Origin: Squalus acanthias
Lineage: Eukaryota
NCBI GenBank assembly: GCA_030390025.1
Contig: CM059432.1
Coordinates: 26,724,001-26,788,000, forward strand
DNA length: 64,000 nt
Direction of reading: 5' to 3'
Shown here one piece after another: positions 48,901 to 64,000 of the stretch. How positions within the stretch are numbered: the first letter of the stretch is position 1; each line of letters opens with the position of its first letter. The position numbers were made by a program, and so were the translations under genes. Under the pieces are notes generated by a model. It ran no database searches. It was not told where the DNA came from and saw only the letters and a list, made by a program, of their open reading frames with translations.

Positions 48901-51900
48901 CGAATATTGACAGGCACAGTTAAATAGAACATTGACAGACACAGTTAAATAGAACATTGACAAGCACAGTTAAATAGAACATTGAAAAACACAGTTAAAG
49001 AGAACATTGACAGACACAGTTAAATAGAACATTGACAGACACAGTTAAATAGAACATTGACAGGCACAGATAAGCAGATCATTGACAGGCACAGTTAAAT
49101 AGAACGTTGACAGGCACAGTTAAATAGAACATTGACAGGAACAGTTAAATAGAATGTTGACAGGCACAGTTAAATAGAACATTGACAGGCACAGTTAAAT
49201 AGAACAATGACAGACACAGTTAAATAGAACATTGACAGACACAGTTAAATAGAACATTGACAGGCACAGTTAAATAGAATATTGACAGGCACAGTTAAAT
49301 AGAATATTGAGAGGCACAGTTAAGTAAAACATTGACAGACACAGTTAAACAGAACATTGACAGACACAGTTAAATAGAACATTGACAGACACAATTAAAT
49401 AGAACATTGATAGCCACAGTTAATTCGAATATTGACAGGAACAGTTAAATAGAACATTGACAGACACAGTTCATTAGAACATTGACAGGCACAGTTAAAT
49501 AGAATATTGACAGGCACAGTTAAATAGAACATTGACATACACAGTGAAATAGAACATTGACAGGCACAGTTAACTCGAATATTGACAGGCACAGTTAAAT
49601 AGAACATTGACAGACACAGTTAAATAGAACATTGACAGGCACAGTTAAATAGAATATTGACAGGCACAGTTAAATAGAACATTGACAGGCACTGTTAAAT
49701 AGAACATTGACAGTCACAGTTAAATTGATCATGAATGGCTCAGTTAAATGAATCATTGATAGGCACAGTTAAATAGATCATTGACAGGCACAGTTAAATA
49801 GAACATTGACAAACACAGTTAAATAGAACATGGACAGACACAGTTAAATAGAACATTGACAGACACATTTAAATAGAACATTGAAAAACACAGTTAAAGA
49901 GAACATTGACAGACACAGTTAAATAGAACATTGACAGATACAGTTAAATAGATCATTGACAGACACCGTTAAATAGAACATTGACAGACACAGTCAAACA
50001 GAACATTGACAGACACAGTTAAAAAGCACATTGACACACACAGTTAAATGGATCATTGACAGGCACAGTTAAATAAAACATTGACAGGCACAGTTAAATA
50101 GAACATTGAAAGACACAGTTAAATAAATCACTGATAGGCACAGTTATATAGAACATTGAAAGACGCAGTTAAATAGAACATTGACAGACAGAGTGTAATA
50201 GAACATTGACAGACACAGCTAAAAAGAACATTGACAGACAAAATTAAATGGATTATTGACAGGCACAGTTAAATCGAACATTGACAGACACAGTTAAATA
50301 GAACATTGACAGGCACAGTTAAATAGAATATTGACAGGCACAGTTAAATAGAACATTGACAGACACTGTTAAATAGAACATTGACAGACACAGTTAAATA
50401 GAACATTGACAGACACAGTTAAATGGAATATTGACAGGCACAGTTAAATCGAAAATTGACAGACACAGTTAAATAGAACATTGACAGACACAGTTAAAAA
50501 GCACATTGACACACACAGTTAAATGGATCATTGACAGGCACAGTTAAATAAAACATTGACAGGCACAGTTAAATAGAACATTGAAAGACACAGTTAAATA
50601 AATCACTGATAGGCACAGTTATATAGAACATTGAAAGACGCAGTTAAATAGAACATTGACAGACAGAGTGTAATAGAACATTGACAGACACAGCTAAAAA
50701 GAACATTGACAGACAAAATTAAATGGATTATTGACAGGCACAGTTAAATCGAACATTGACAGACACAGTTAAATAGAACATTGACAGACACAGTTAAATA
50801 GAATATTGACAGGCACAGTTAAATCGAACATTGACAGACACTGTTAAATAGAACATTGACAGACACAGTTAAATAGAACATTGACAGACACAGTTAAATG
50901 GAACATTGACAGGCACAGTTAAATAGAACATTGACAGACACAGTTAAATAGAACATTGACAGACACAGTTAAATAGAACATTGACAGACACAGTTAAATA
51001 GAACATTGACAGACACAGTTAAAAAGAACATTGACAGACACAGTTAAATAGAACATTGACAGTCACAGTTAAATAGAACATTGACAGACACAGTTAAATA
51101 GAACATTGACAGTCACAGTTAAATAGAACATTGACAGGCACAGTTAAATAGAACATTGACAGGCACAGTTAAATAGAACATTGACAGACACAGTTAAATA
51201 GAACATTGACAGGCACAGTTAAATAGAACATTGACAGACACAGTTAAATAGAACATTGACAGACACAGTTAAATAGAACATTGACAGACACAGTTAAATA
51301 GAACATTGACAGACACAGTTAAATAGAACATTGACAGGCACAGTTAAATAGAACATTGACAGACACAGTTAAATAGAACATTGACAGGCACAGTTAAATA
51401 GAACATTGACAAACACAGTTAAAGAGAACATTGACAGGCACAGTTAAATATAACATTGACAGACACAGTAAAATAGATCATGACAGACACAGTTATATAG
51501 AACATTGACAAACAAATTTAAATAAAACAATGACAGACACAGTTAAATAGAACATTGAGAAACACATTTAAATAGAACATTGACAGGCACAGTTAAACAG
51601 AATATTGACAGACACAGTTAAATGGATAATTGACAGACAAAGTAAAACAGAACATTGACAGACACAGTTAAATAGAACATTGACAGACACAGTTAAATAG
51701 AACATTGACAGACACAGTTAAATAGATCATTGACAGGCACAGTTAAACAGAACATTGACAGGCACAGTTAAATAGAAAATTGACAGACCCAGTTAAAAAT
51801 AACATTGACAGTCACAGTTAAATAGAAGTTTGACAGGCACAATTAAATAGAACATTGACAGTAACAGTTAAATAGATCATTGACAGACACAGTTAAATAA

Positions 51901-54900
51901 TACATTGAAAGACACAGTTAAATAGAACATTGACAGACACAGTTAAATGAATCATTGATAGGCACAGTCATATAGAACATTGACAGACAAAGTTAAATAG
52001 AACATTGACAGGAACAGTTAAATAGAATGTTGACAGACACAGTTAATTAGAACATTGACAGACACAGGTAAATAGAACATTGACAGACACAGTTAAATAG
52101 AACATTGACAGACACAGTTAAATAGAACATTGACAGACACAGTTAAATAGAACATTGACAGACACAGTTAAATAGAACATTGACAGACACAGTTAAATAG
52201 AACATTGACAGACACAGTTAAATAGAACATTGACAGACACAGTTAAATAGAACATTGACAGGCACAGTTAAATAGAACATTGACAGACACAGTCAAATAC
52301 AACATTGACAGGCACAGTTAAATAGAACATTGACAGACACAGTTAAATAGAACATTGACAGGCACAGTTAAAAAGAACATTGACAGGCACAATTAAATAG
52401 AACATTGACAGGCACAGTTAAATCGAATATTGACAGGCACAGTTAAATAGAACATTGACAAGCACAGTTAAATAGAACATTGAAAAACACAGTTAAAGAG
52501 AACATTGACAGACACAGTTAAATAGAACATTGACAGACACAGTTAAATAGAACATTGACAGGCACAGATTAGCAGATCATTGACAGGCACAGTTAAATAG
52601 AACGTTGACAGGCACAGTTAAATAGAACATTGACAGGAACAGTTAAATAGAATGTTGACAGGCACAGTTAAATAGAACATTGACAGGCACAGTTAAATAG
52701 AACAATGACAGACACAGTTAAATAGAACATTGACAGACACAGTTAAATAGAACATTGACAGGCACAGTTAAATAGAATATTGACAGGCACAGTTAAATAG
52801 AATATTGAGAGGCACAGTTAAGTAAAACATTGACAGACACAGTTAAACAGAACATTGACAGACACAGTTAAATAGAACATTGACAGACACAATTAAATAG
52901 AACATTGATAGCCACAGTTAATTCGAATATTGACAGGAACAGTTAAATAGAACATTGACAGACACAGTTCGATAGAACATTGACAGGCACAGTTAAATAG
53001 AATATTGACAGGCACAGTTAAATAGAACATTGACATACACAGTGAAATAGAACATTGACAGGCACAGTTAACTCGAATATTGACAGGCACAGTTAAATAG
53101 AACATTGACAGACACAATTAAATAGAACATTGACAGGCACAGTTAAATAGAATATTGACAGGCACAGTTAAATAGAACATTGACAGGCACTGTTAAATAG
53201 AACATTGACAGTTACAGTTATATTGATCATGAATGGCTCAGTTAAATGAATCATTGATAGGCACAGTTAAATAGATCATTGACAGGCACAGTTAAATAGA
53301 ACATTGACAAACACAGTTAAATAGAACATGGACAGACACAGTTAAATAGAACATTGACAGACACATTTAAATAGAACATTGAAAAACACAGTTAAAGAGA
53401 ACATTGACAGACACAGTTAAATAGAACATTGACAGATACAGTTAAATAGATCATTGACAGACACCGTTAAATAGAACATTGACAGACACAGTCAAACAGA
53501 ACATTGACAGACACAGTTAAAAAGCACATTGACACACACAGTTAAATGGATCATTGACAGGCACAGTTAAATAAAACATTGACAGGCACAGTTAAATAGA
53601 ACATTGAAAGACACAGTTAAATAAATCACTGATAGGCACAGTTATATAGAACATTGAAAGACGCAGTTAAATAGAACATTGACAGACAGAGTGTAATAGA
53701 ACATTGACAGACACAGCTAAAAAGAACATTGACAGACAAAATTAAATGGATTATTGACAGGCACAGTTAAATCGAACATTGACAGACACAGTTAAATAGA
53801 ACATTGACAGGCACAGTTAAATAGAATATTGACAGGCACAGTTAAATAGAACATTGACAGACACTGTTAAATAGAACATTGACAGACACAGTTAAATAGA
53901 ACATTGACAGACACAGTGAAATGTAATATTGACAGGCACAGTTAAATCGAAAATTGACAGACACAGTTAAATAGAACATTGACAGACACAGTTAAAAAGC
54001 ACATTGACACACACAGTTAAATGGATCATTGACAGGCACAGTTAAATAAAACATTGACAGGCACAGTTAAATAGAACATTGAAAGACACAGTTAAATAAA
54101 TCACTGATAGGCACAGTTATATAGAACATTGAAAGACGCAGTTAAACAGAACATTGACAGACAGAGTGTAATAGAACATTGACAGACACAGCTAAAAAGA
54201 ACATTGACAGACAAAATTAAATGGATTATTGACAGGCACAGTTAAATCGAACATTGACAGATACAGTTAAATAGAACATTGACAGGCACAGTTAAATAGA
54301 ATATTGACAGGCACAGTTAAATAGAACATTGACAGACACTGTTAAATAGAACATTGACAGACACAGTTAAATAGAACATTGACAGACAGAGTTAAAAAGA
54401 ACATTGACAGACACAGTTAAATAGAACATTGACAGTCACAGTTAAATGGATCATGGACAGACACAGTGAAATAGAACATTGACAGTCACAGTTAAATAGA
54501 TCATCGACAGACACAGTTAAATAGAACATTGACAGGCACAGTTAAATAGAACATTGACAAACATAGTTAAATCGAACATTGACAGGCACAGTTAAATAGA
54601 ACATTGACAAACACAGTTAAATAGAACATTGACAGACACAGTTAAATAGAACATTTACAAACACCATTAAATAGAACATTGACAGACACAGTTAAATAGA
54701 ACATTGAAAGGCACAGTTAAATAGATCATTGACAGACACAGTTAAATAGAACATTGACAGGCACAGTTAAATAGAACATTGACAAACACAGTTAAATAGA
54801 ACATTGACAGGCACAGTTAAATATAACATTGACAGACACAGTAAAATAGATCATGACAGACACAGTTATATAGAACATTGACAAACAAATTTAAATAAAA

Positions 54901-57900
54901 CAATGACAGACACAGTTAAATAGAACATTGACAGAACAGTTAAATAGAACATTGACAGACACAGTAATAGAACATTGACAGACTCAGTTAAATAGAATCA
55001 TTGACAGGCACAGTTAATAGAACATTGACAGACACAGTTAAATAGAACATTGACAGGACACAGTTAAATAGAACATTGACAGACACAGTTAAATAGAACA
55101 TTGACAGACACAGTTAAATAGAACATTGACAGACACAGTTAAATAGAACATTGACAGGCCACAGTTAAATAGAGCATTTGACAGAGCACATTTAAATAGA
55201 ACATTGACAGGCACAGTTAAATAGAACATTGACAGGCACAGTTAAATAGAACATTGACAGGCACAGTTAAATAGAACATTGACAGACACAGTTAAATAGA
55301 TCATTGAAAGACACAGTTATATAATACATTGAAAGACACAGTTAAATAGAAAATTGACAGACACAGTTAAATAGATCATTGAAAGACACAGTTAAATAGA
55401 ACATTGACAGACACAGTTAAATAGAACATTGACAGGAACAGTTAAATAGAAAGTTGACAGACACAGTTAATTAGAACATTGACAGACACAGTTAAATAGA
55501 ACATTGACAGACACAGTTAAATAGAACATTGACAGACACAGTTAAATAGAACATTGACAGACACAGTTAAATAGAACATTGACAGACACAGTTAAATAGA
55601 ACATTGACAGACACAGTTAAATAGAACATTGACAGACACAGTTAAATAGAACATTGACAGACACAGTTAAATAGAACATTGACAGGACACAGTTAAATAG
55701 AACATTGACAGACACAGTTAAATACAACATTGACAGGCACAGTTAAATAGAACATTGACAGACACAGTTAAATAGAACATTGACAGGCACAGTTAAAAAG
55801 AACATTGACAGGCACAGTTAAATAGAACATTGACAGGCACAGTTAAATAGAACATTGACAGCTCAGTTAAATAGAACATTGACAGACACAGTTAAATAGA
55901 ACATTGACAAACACAGTTAAATAGAACATTGACAGACACAGTTAAATAGAACATTGACAGACACAGTTAAATAGAACATTGACAGACACAGTTAAATAGA
56001 ACATTGACAGACACAATTAAATAGAACATTGACAGGCACAGTTAAATAGAACATTGACAGACACAGTTAAATAGAACATTGACAGAACAGTTAAATAGAA
56101 TATTGACAGGCACAGTTAAATAGAACATTGACAGCACAGTTAAATAGAACATTGACAGACACAGTTAAATAGAACATTGACAGACACAGTAAATAGAACA
56201 TTGACAGACACACATTAAATAGAACATTGACAGACACAGTTAAATAGAACATTGACAGACAGTTAAATAGAACATTGACAGACACAGTTAAATAGAACAT
56301 TGACAGGCACAGTTAAATAGAATATTGACAGGCACAGTTAAATAGAACATTGACAGACACAGTTAAATAGAACATTGACAGCACAGTTAAATAGAACATT
56401 GACAGGCACAGTTAAATAGAACATTGACAGACACAGTTAAATAGAACATTGACAGGCACAGTTAAATAGAACATGACAGACACAGTTAAATAGACTATTG
56501 ACAGACACAGTTAAATAGAACATTGACAGACACAGTTAAATTGAACATTGACAGTCACAGTTAAATAGAAGCATTGACAGGCACAGTTAAATAGAATATT
56601 GACAGACACTGTTAAATAGAACATTGACAACACAGTTAAATAGAACATTGACAGACACAGTTAAATAGAACATTGACAGACACAGTTAAATAGAACATTG
56701 ACAGACCAGTTAAATAGAACATTGACAGACACAGTTAAATAGAACATTGACAGACACAGTTAAATAGAACATTGACAGACACAGTTAAATAGAACATTGA
56801 CAGACACAGTTAAGATAGAACATTGACAGACACAGTTAATAGAACATTGACAGACACAGTAAAGAGACTTTGACAGGCACAGTTAAATAGAACATTGACA
56901 GGCACAGTTAAATAGAACATTGACATGCACAGTTAAATAGAACATTGACAGACACAGTTAAATAGAACATTGACAGGCACAGTTAAATAGAACATTGACA
57001 GCACAGTAAATAGAACATTGACAGACACAGTTAAATAGAACATTGACAGAGCACAGTTAAATAGAACATTGACAGACACAGTTAAATAGAACATTGACAG
57101 ACACAGTTAAATAGAACATTGACAGACACAGTTAAATAGAACATTGACAGGCACAGTTAAATAGAACATTGACAGGCACAGTTAAATAGAACATTGACAG
57201 ACACAGTTAAATAGAACATTGACAGGCACAGTTAAATAGAACATTGACAGACACAGTTAAATAGAACATTGACAGGCACAGTTAAATAGAACATTGACAG
57301 GCACAGTTAAATAGAACATTGACAGACACAGTTAAATAGAACATTGACAGACACAGTTAAATAGAACATTGACAGACACAGTTAAATAGAACATTGACAG
57401 ACACAGTTAATAGAACATTGACAGGCACAGTTAAATCGAACATTGACAGACACAGTTAAATAGAACATTGACAGGCACAGTTAAATAGAACATTGACAGA
57501 CACAGTTAAATAGAACATTGACAGACACAGTTAAATAGAACATTGACAGACACAGTTAAATAGAACATTGACAGACACAGTTAAATAGAACATTGACAGA
57601 CACAGTTAAATAGAACATTGACAGAGCACAGTTAAATAGAACATTGACAGACACATTTAAATAGAACATTGACAGGCACAGTAAAATAGAACATTGACAG
57701 ACATAGTTAAATAGAACATTGACAGACACAGTTAAATAGAACATTGACAGACACAGTTAAATAGAACATTGACAGACACAGTTAAATAGAACATTGACAG
57801 ACACAGTTAAATAGAACATTGACAGACACAGTTAAATAGAACATTGACAGACACAGTTAAATAGAACATTGACAGACACAGTTAAATAGAACATTGACAG

Positions 57901-60900
57901 ACACAGTTAAATAGAACATTGACAGACACAGTTAAATAGAACATTGACAGACACAGTTAAATAGAACATTGACAGGCACAGTTAAATAGATCATTGACAG
58001 GCACAGTTAAATAGAACATTGACAGGCACAGTTAAATAGAACATTGACAGACACAGTTAAATAGAACATTGACAGGCACAGTTAAATAGAACATTGACAG
58101 ACACAGTTAAATAGAACATTGACAGACACAGTTAAATAGAACATTGACAGACACAGTTAAATAGAACATTGACAGACACAGTTAAATAGAACATTGACAG
58201 ACACAGTTAAATAGAACATTGACAGACACAGTTAAATAGAACATTGACAGGCACAGTTAAATAGAACATTGACAGACACAGTTAAATAGAACATTGACAG
58301 GCACAGTTAAATAGAACATTGACAGACACAGTTAAATAGAACATTGACAGACACAGTTAAATAGAACATTGACAGACACATTTAAATAGAACATTGACAG
58401 ACACAGTTAAATAGAACATTGACAGACACAGTTAAATAGAACATTGACAGACACAGTTAAATAGAACATTGACAGACACAGTTAAATAGAACATTGACAG
58501 ACACAGTTAAATAGAACATTGACAGACACAGTTAAATAGAACATTGACAGACACAGTTAAATAGAACATTGACAGACACAGTTAAATAGAACATTGACAG
58601 ACACAGTTAAATAGAACATTGACAGACACAGTTAAATAGAACATTGACAGACACAGTTAAATAGAACATTGACAGACACAGTTAAATAGAACATTGACAG
58701 ACACAGTTAAATAGAACATTGACAGGCACAGTTAAATAGAACATTGACAGACACAGTTAAATAGAACATTGACAGACACAGTTAAATAGAACATTGACAG
58801 ACACAGTTAAATAGAACATTGACAGACACAGTTAAATAGAACATTGACAGACACAGTTAAATAGAACATTGACAGACACAGTTAAATAGAACATTGACAG
58901 ACACAGTTAAATAGAACATTGACAGACACAGTTAAATAGAACATTGATAGGCACAGTTAAATAGAACATTGACAGACACACTTAAATAGAACATTGACAG
59001 TCACAGTTAAATAGAACATGACAAGCACAGTTAAATAGAACATTGACAGACCCAGTTAAATAGAACATTGACAGTCACAGTTAAATAGAACATTGACAGG
59101 CACAGTTAAATAGAACATTGACAGGCACAGTTAAATAGAACATTGACATACACAGTTAAATAGATCATTGACAGACACAGTTAAAATAGAACATTGACAG
59201 ACACAAGTAAATAGAACATTACAGACACAGTTAAATAGATCATTGACAGGCACAGTTAATCGAACATTGACAGGCACAGTTAAATAGAACATTGACAGAC
59301 TCAGTTAAATAGAACATTGACAGACACAGTTAAATAGAACATTGACAGGCACAGTTAAATAGAATCATTGACAGCACAGTTAAATAGATATTGACAGACA
59401 CAGTTAAATAGAACATTGACAGACACAGTTAAATAGAACATTGACAGACACAGTTAAATAGAACATTGACAGACACAGTTAAATAGAACATTGACAGACA
59501 CAGTTAAATAGAACATTGACAGACACAGTTAAATAGAACATTGACAGACACAGTTAAATAGAACATTGACAGACACAGTTAAATAGAACATTGACAGGCA
59601 CAGTTAAATAGAACATTGACAGACACAGTTAAATAGAACATTGACAGGCACAGTTAAATAGAACATTGACAGACACAGTTAAATAGATCATTGACAGACA
59701 CAGTTAAATAGAACATTGACAGACACAGTTAAATAGAACATTGACAGACACAGTTAAATAGAACATTGACAGACACAGTTAAATAGAACATTGACAGACA
59801 CAGTTAAATAGAACATTGACAGACACAGTTAAATAGAACATTGACAGACACAGTTAAATAGATCATTGACAGACACAGTTAAATAGAACATTGACAGACA
59901 CAGTTAAATAGAACATTGACAGACACAGTTAAATAGAATATTGACAGACACAGTTAAATAGAACATTGACAGACACAGTTAAATAGAACATTGACAGACA
60001 CAGTTAAATAGAACATTGACAGACACAGTTAAATAGAACATTGACAGACACAGTTAAATAGAACATTGACAGACACAGTTAAATAGAACATTGACAGACA
60101 CAGTTAAATAGAACATTGACAGGCACAGTTAAATAGAACATTGACAGGCACAGTTAAATAGAACATTGACAGACACAGTTAAATAGAACATTGACAGACA
60201 CAGTTAAATAGAACATTGACAGACACAGTTAAATAGAACATTGACAGACACAGTTAAATAGAACATTGACAGACACAGTTAAATAGAACATTGACAGACA
60301 CAGTTAAATAGAACATTGACAGACACAGTTAAATAGAACATTGACAGACACAGTTAAATAGAACATTGACAGACACAGTTAAATAGAACATTGACAGACA
60401 CAGTTAAATAGAACATTGACAGACACAGTTAAATAGAACATTGACAGGCACAGTTAAATAGAACATTGACAGACACAGTTAAATAGAACATTGACAGACA
60501 CAGTTAAATAGAACATTGACAGACACAGTTAAATAGAACATTGACAGACACAGTTAAATAGAACATTGACAGACACAGTTAAATAGAACATTGACAGGCA
60601 CAGTTAAATAGAACATTGACAGGCACAGTTAAATAGAACATTGACAGACACAGTTAAATAGAACATTGACAGGCACAGTTAAATAGAACATTGACAGGCA
60701 CAGTTAAATAGAACATTGACAGACACAGTTAAATAGAACATTGACAGACACAGTTAAATAGAACATTGACAGACACAGTTAAATAGAACATTGACAGGCA
60801 CAGTTAAATAGAACATTGACAGGCACAGTTAAATAGAACATTGACAGACACAGTTAAATAGAACATTGACAGACACAGTTAAATAGAACATTGACAGGCA

Positions 60901-63900
60901 CAGTTAAATAGAACATTGACAGACACAGTTAAATAGAACATTGACAGACACAGTTAAATAGAACATTGACAGACACAGTTAAATAGAACATTGACAGACA
61001 CAGTTAAATAGAACATTGACAGACACAGTTAAATAGAACATTGACAGACACAGTTAAATAGAACATTGATATGACACAGTTAAATAGAACATTGACAGAC
61101 ACAGTTAAATAGAACATTGACAGACACAGTTAAATAGAACATTGACAGACACAGTTAAATAGAACATTGACAGACACAGTTAAATAGAACATTGACAGAC
61201 ACAGTTAAATAGAACATTGACAGGCACAGTTAAATAGAACATTGACAGGCACAGTTAAATAGAACATTGACAGACACAGTTAAATAGAACATTGACAGAC
61301 ACAGTTAAATAGAACATTGACAGGCACAGTTAAATAGAACATTGACAGACACAGTTAAATAGAACATTGACAGACACAGTTAAATAGAACATTGACAGAC
61401 ACAGTTAAATAGAACATTGACAGGCACAGTTAAATAGAACATTGACAGACACAGTTAAATAGAACATTGACAGGCACAGTTAAATAGAACATTGACAGAC
61501 ACAGTTAAATAGAACATTGACAGGACACAGTTAAATAGAACATTGACAGCACAGTTAAATAGAACATTGACAGACACAGTTAAATAGAACATTGACAGAC
61601 ACTGTTATAAAGAACTTGACAGACACAGTTAAATAGAACATTGACAGACACAGTTAAATAGAACATTGACAGACACAGTTAAATAGAACATTGACAGGCA
61701 CAGTTAAATAGAACATTGACAAGCACAGTTAAATAGAACATTGACAGACACAGTTAAATAGAACATTGACAGGCACAGTTAAATAGAATATTGACAGGCA
61801 CAGTTAAATAGAACATTGACAGACACAGTTAAATAGAACATTGACAGACACAGTTAAATAGAACATTGACAGGCACAGTTAAATAGAACATTGACAGACA
61901 CAGTTAAATAGAACATTGACAGACACAGTTAAATAGAACATTGACAGACACAGTTAAATAGAACATTGACAGACACAGTTAAATAGAACATTGACAGACA
62001 CAGTTAAATAGAATATTGACAGCACAGTTAAATAGAACATTGACAGACACAGTTAAATAGAACATTGACAGACACAGTTAAATAGAACATTGACAGACAC
62101 AGTTAAATAGAACATTGACAGACACAGTTAAATAGAACATTGACAGACACAGTTAAATAGAACATTGACAGACACAGTTAAATAGAACATTGACAGACAC
62201 AGTTAAATAGAACATTGACAGACACAGTTAAATAGAACATTGACAGACACAGTTAAATAGAACATTGACAGACACAGTTAAATAGAACATTGACAGGCAC
62301 AGTTAAATAGAACATTGACAGGCACAGTTAAATAGAACATTGACAGACACAGTTAAATAGAACATTGACAGACACAGTTAAATAGAACATTGACAGACAC
62401 AGTTAAATAGAACATTGACAGGCACAGTTAAATAGAACATTGACAGACACAGTTAAATAGAACATTGACAGACACAGTTAAATAGAACATTGACAGACAC
62501 AGTTAAATAGAACATTGACAGACACAGTTAAATAGAACATTGACAGACACAGTTAAATAGAACATTGACAGACACAGTTAAATAGAACATTGACAGACAC
62601 AGTTAAATAGAACATTGACAGAGCACAGTTAAATAGAACATTGACAGACACAGTTAAATAGAACATTGACAGACACAGTTAAATAGAACATTGACAGGCA
62701 CAGTTAAATAGATCATTGACAGACACAGTTAAATAGAACATTGACAGACACAGTTAAATAGAACATTGACAAACACAGTTAAATAGAACATTGACAGGCA
62801 CAGTTAAATAGAACATTGACAGACACAGTTAAATAGAACATTGACAGACACAGTTAAATAGAACATTGACAGGCACAGTTAAATAGAACATTGACAGACA
62901 CAGTTAAATAGAACATTGACAGGCACAGTTAAATAGAACATTGACAGACACAGTTAAATGGATCATTGACAGGCTCTGTTAAATGAATCATTGACAGACA
63001 CAGTTAAATAGAACATTGACAGACACAGTTAAATAGAACATTGACAGACACAGTTAAATAGAACATTGACAGACACAGTTAAATAGAACATTGACAGGCA
63101 CAGTTAAATAGAACATTGACAGACACAGTTAAATAGAACATTGACAGACACAGTTAAATAGAACATTGACAGACACAGTTAAATAGAACATTGACAGACA
63201 CAGTTAAATAGAACATTGACAGACACAGTTAAATAGAACATTGACAGACACAGTTAAATAGAACATTGACAGACACAGTTAAATAGAACATTGACAGACA
63301 CAGTTAAATAGAACATTGACAGACACAGTTAAATAGAACATTGACAGACACAGTTAAATAGAACATTGACAGACACAGTTAAATAGAACATTGACAGACA
63401 CAGTTAAATAGAACATTGACAGACACAGTTAAATAGAACATTGACAGACACAGTTAAATAGAACATTGACAGACACAGTTAAATAGAACATTGACAGACA
63501 CAGTTAAATAGAACATTGACAGACACAGTTAAATAGAACATTGACAGACACAGTTAAATAGAACATTGACAGACACAGTTAAATAGAACATTGACAGACA
63601 CAGTTAAATAGAACATTGACAGACACAGTTAAATAGAACATTGACAGACACAGTTAAATAGATCATTGACAGACACAGTTAAATAGAACATTGACAGACA
63701 CAGTTAAATAGAACATTGACAGACACAGTTAAATAGAACATTGACAGACACAGTTAAATAGAACATTGACAGACACAGTTAAATAGAACATTGACAGCAC
63801 AGTTAAATAGAACATTGACAGACACAGTTAAATAGAACGATGACAGACACAGTTAAATAGAACATTGACAGACACAGTTAAATAGAACATTGACAGACAC

Positions 63901-64000
63901 AGTTAAATAGAACATTGACAGACACAGTTAAATAGAACATTGACAGGCACAGTTAAATAGAACATTGACAGACACAGTTAAATAGAACATTGACAGACAC

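Larger units (their letters stand above)
33505..64000. repeat. 25-bp satellite DNA array (consensus GACAGACACAGTTAAATAGAACATT; GAC/GGC variant), roughly 1,100 monomers
   Basis: Continuous head-to-tail repeats to the window end, interrupted at 34346-35608 and 43983-46091. Confidence 0.99.

Noticed and set aside
40944..57744. Short Cys-rich ORFs within the satellite
   Set aside because: Chance open frames in variant monomers; useful only as markers of duplications
33505..64000. CRISPR array
   Set aside because: Repeats are head-to-tail with no unique spacers, there are no cas genes, and the context is eukaryotic
33505..64000. TTGACA as a bacterial -35 promoter box in each monomer
   Set aside because: No properly spaced -10 box, and the DNA is eukaryotic satellite

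Overview
Vertebrate nuclear DNA, most likely from a cartilaginous fish (inferred from recalled shark-type CR1, L2, Penelope and Harbinger families, not from a search). No host protein-coding gene is recognisable. Positions 1-33.5 kb are densely nested transposons: several CR1 LINE copies, a second CR1-group LINE family, L2 fragments, a 1.7-kb solo LTR, a fossil PIF/Harbinger, Harbinger MITEs, and a near-intact 4.2-kb autonomous PIF/Harbinger. That element (23853-28061) has a spliced Myb/SANT gene and a convergent intact DDE transposase, and sits beside its own deletion derivative. Both, plus a third relative, lie at the same register of CR1 3'-tail octamer repeats. Positions 33.5-64 kb are a 25-bp satellite array with nested higher-order duplications. 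It is interrupted by a CR1 fragment and by a young Neptune-type Penelope-like element (RT + GIY-YIG) that has a 17-bp TSD and carries a minimal hammerhead ribozyme. Empty-site copies of both insertions are present in the window. All alignments were made by eye, so boundaries of degenerate elements are approximate.
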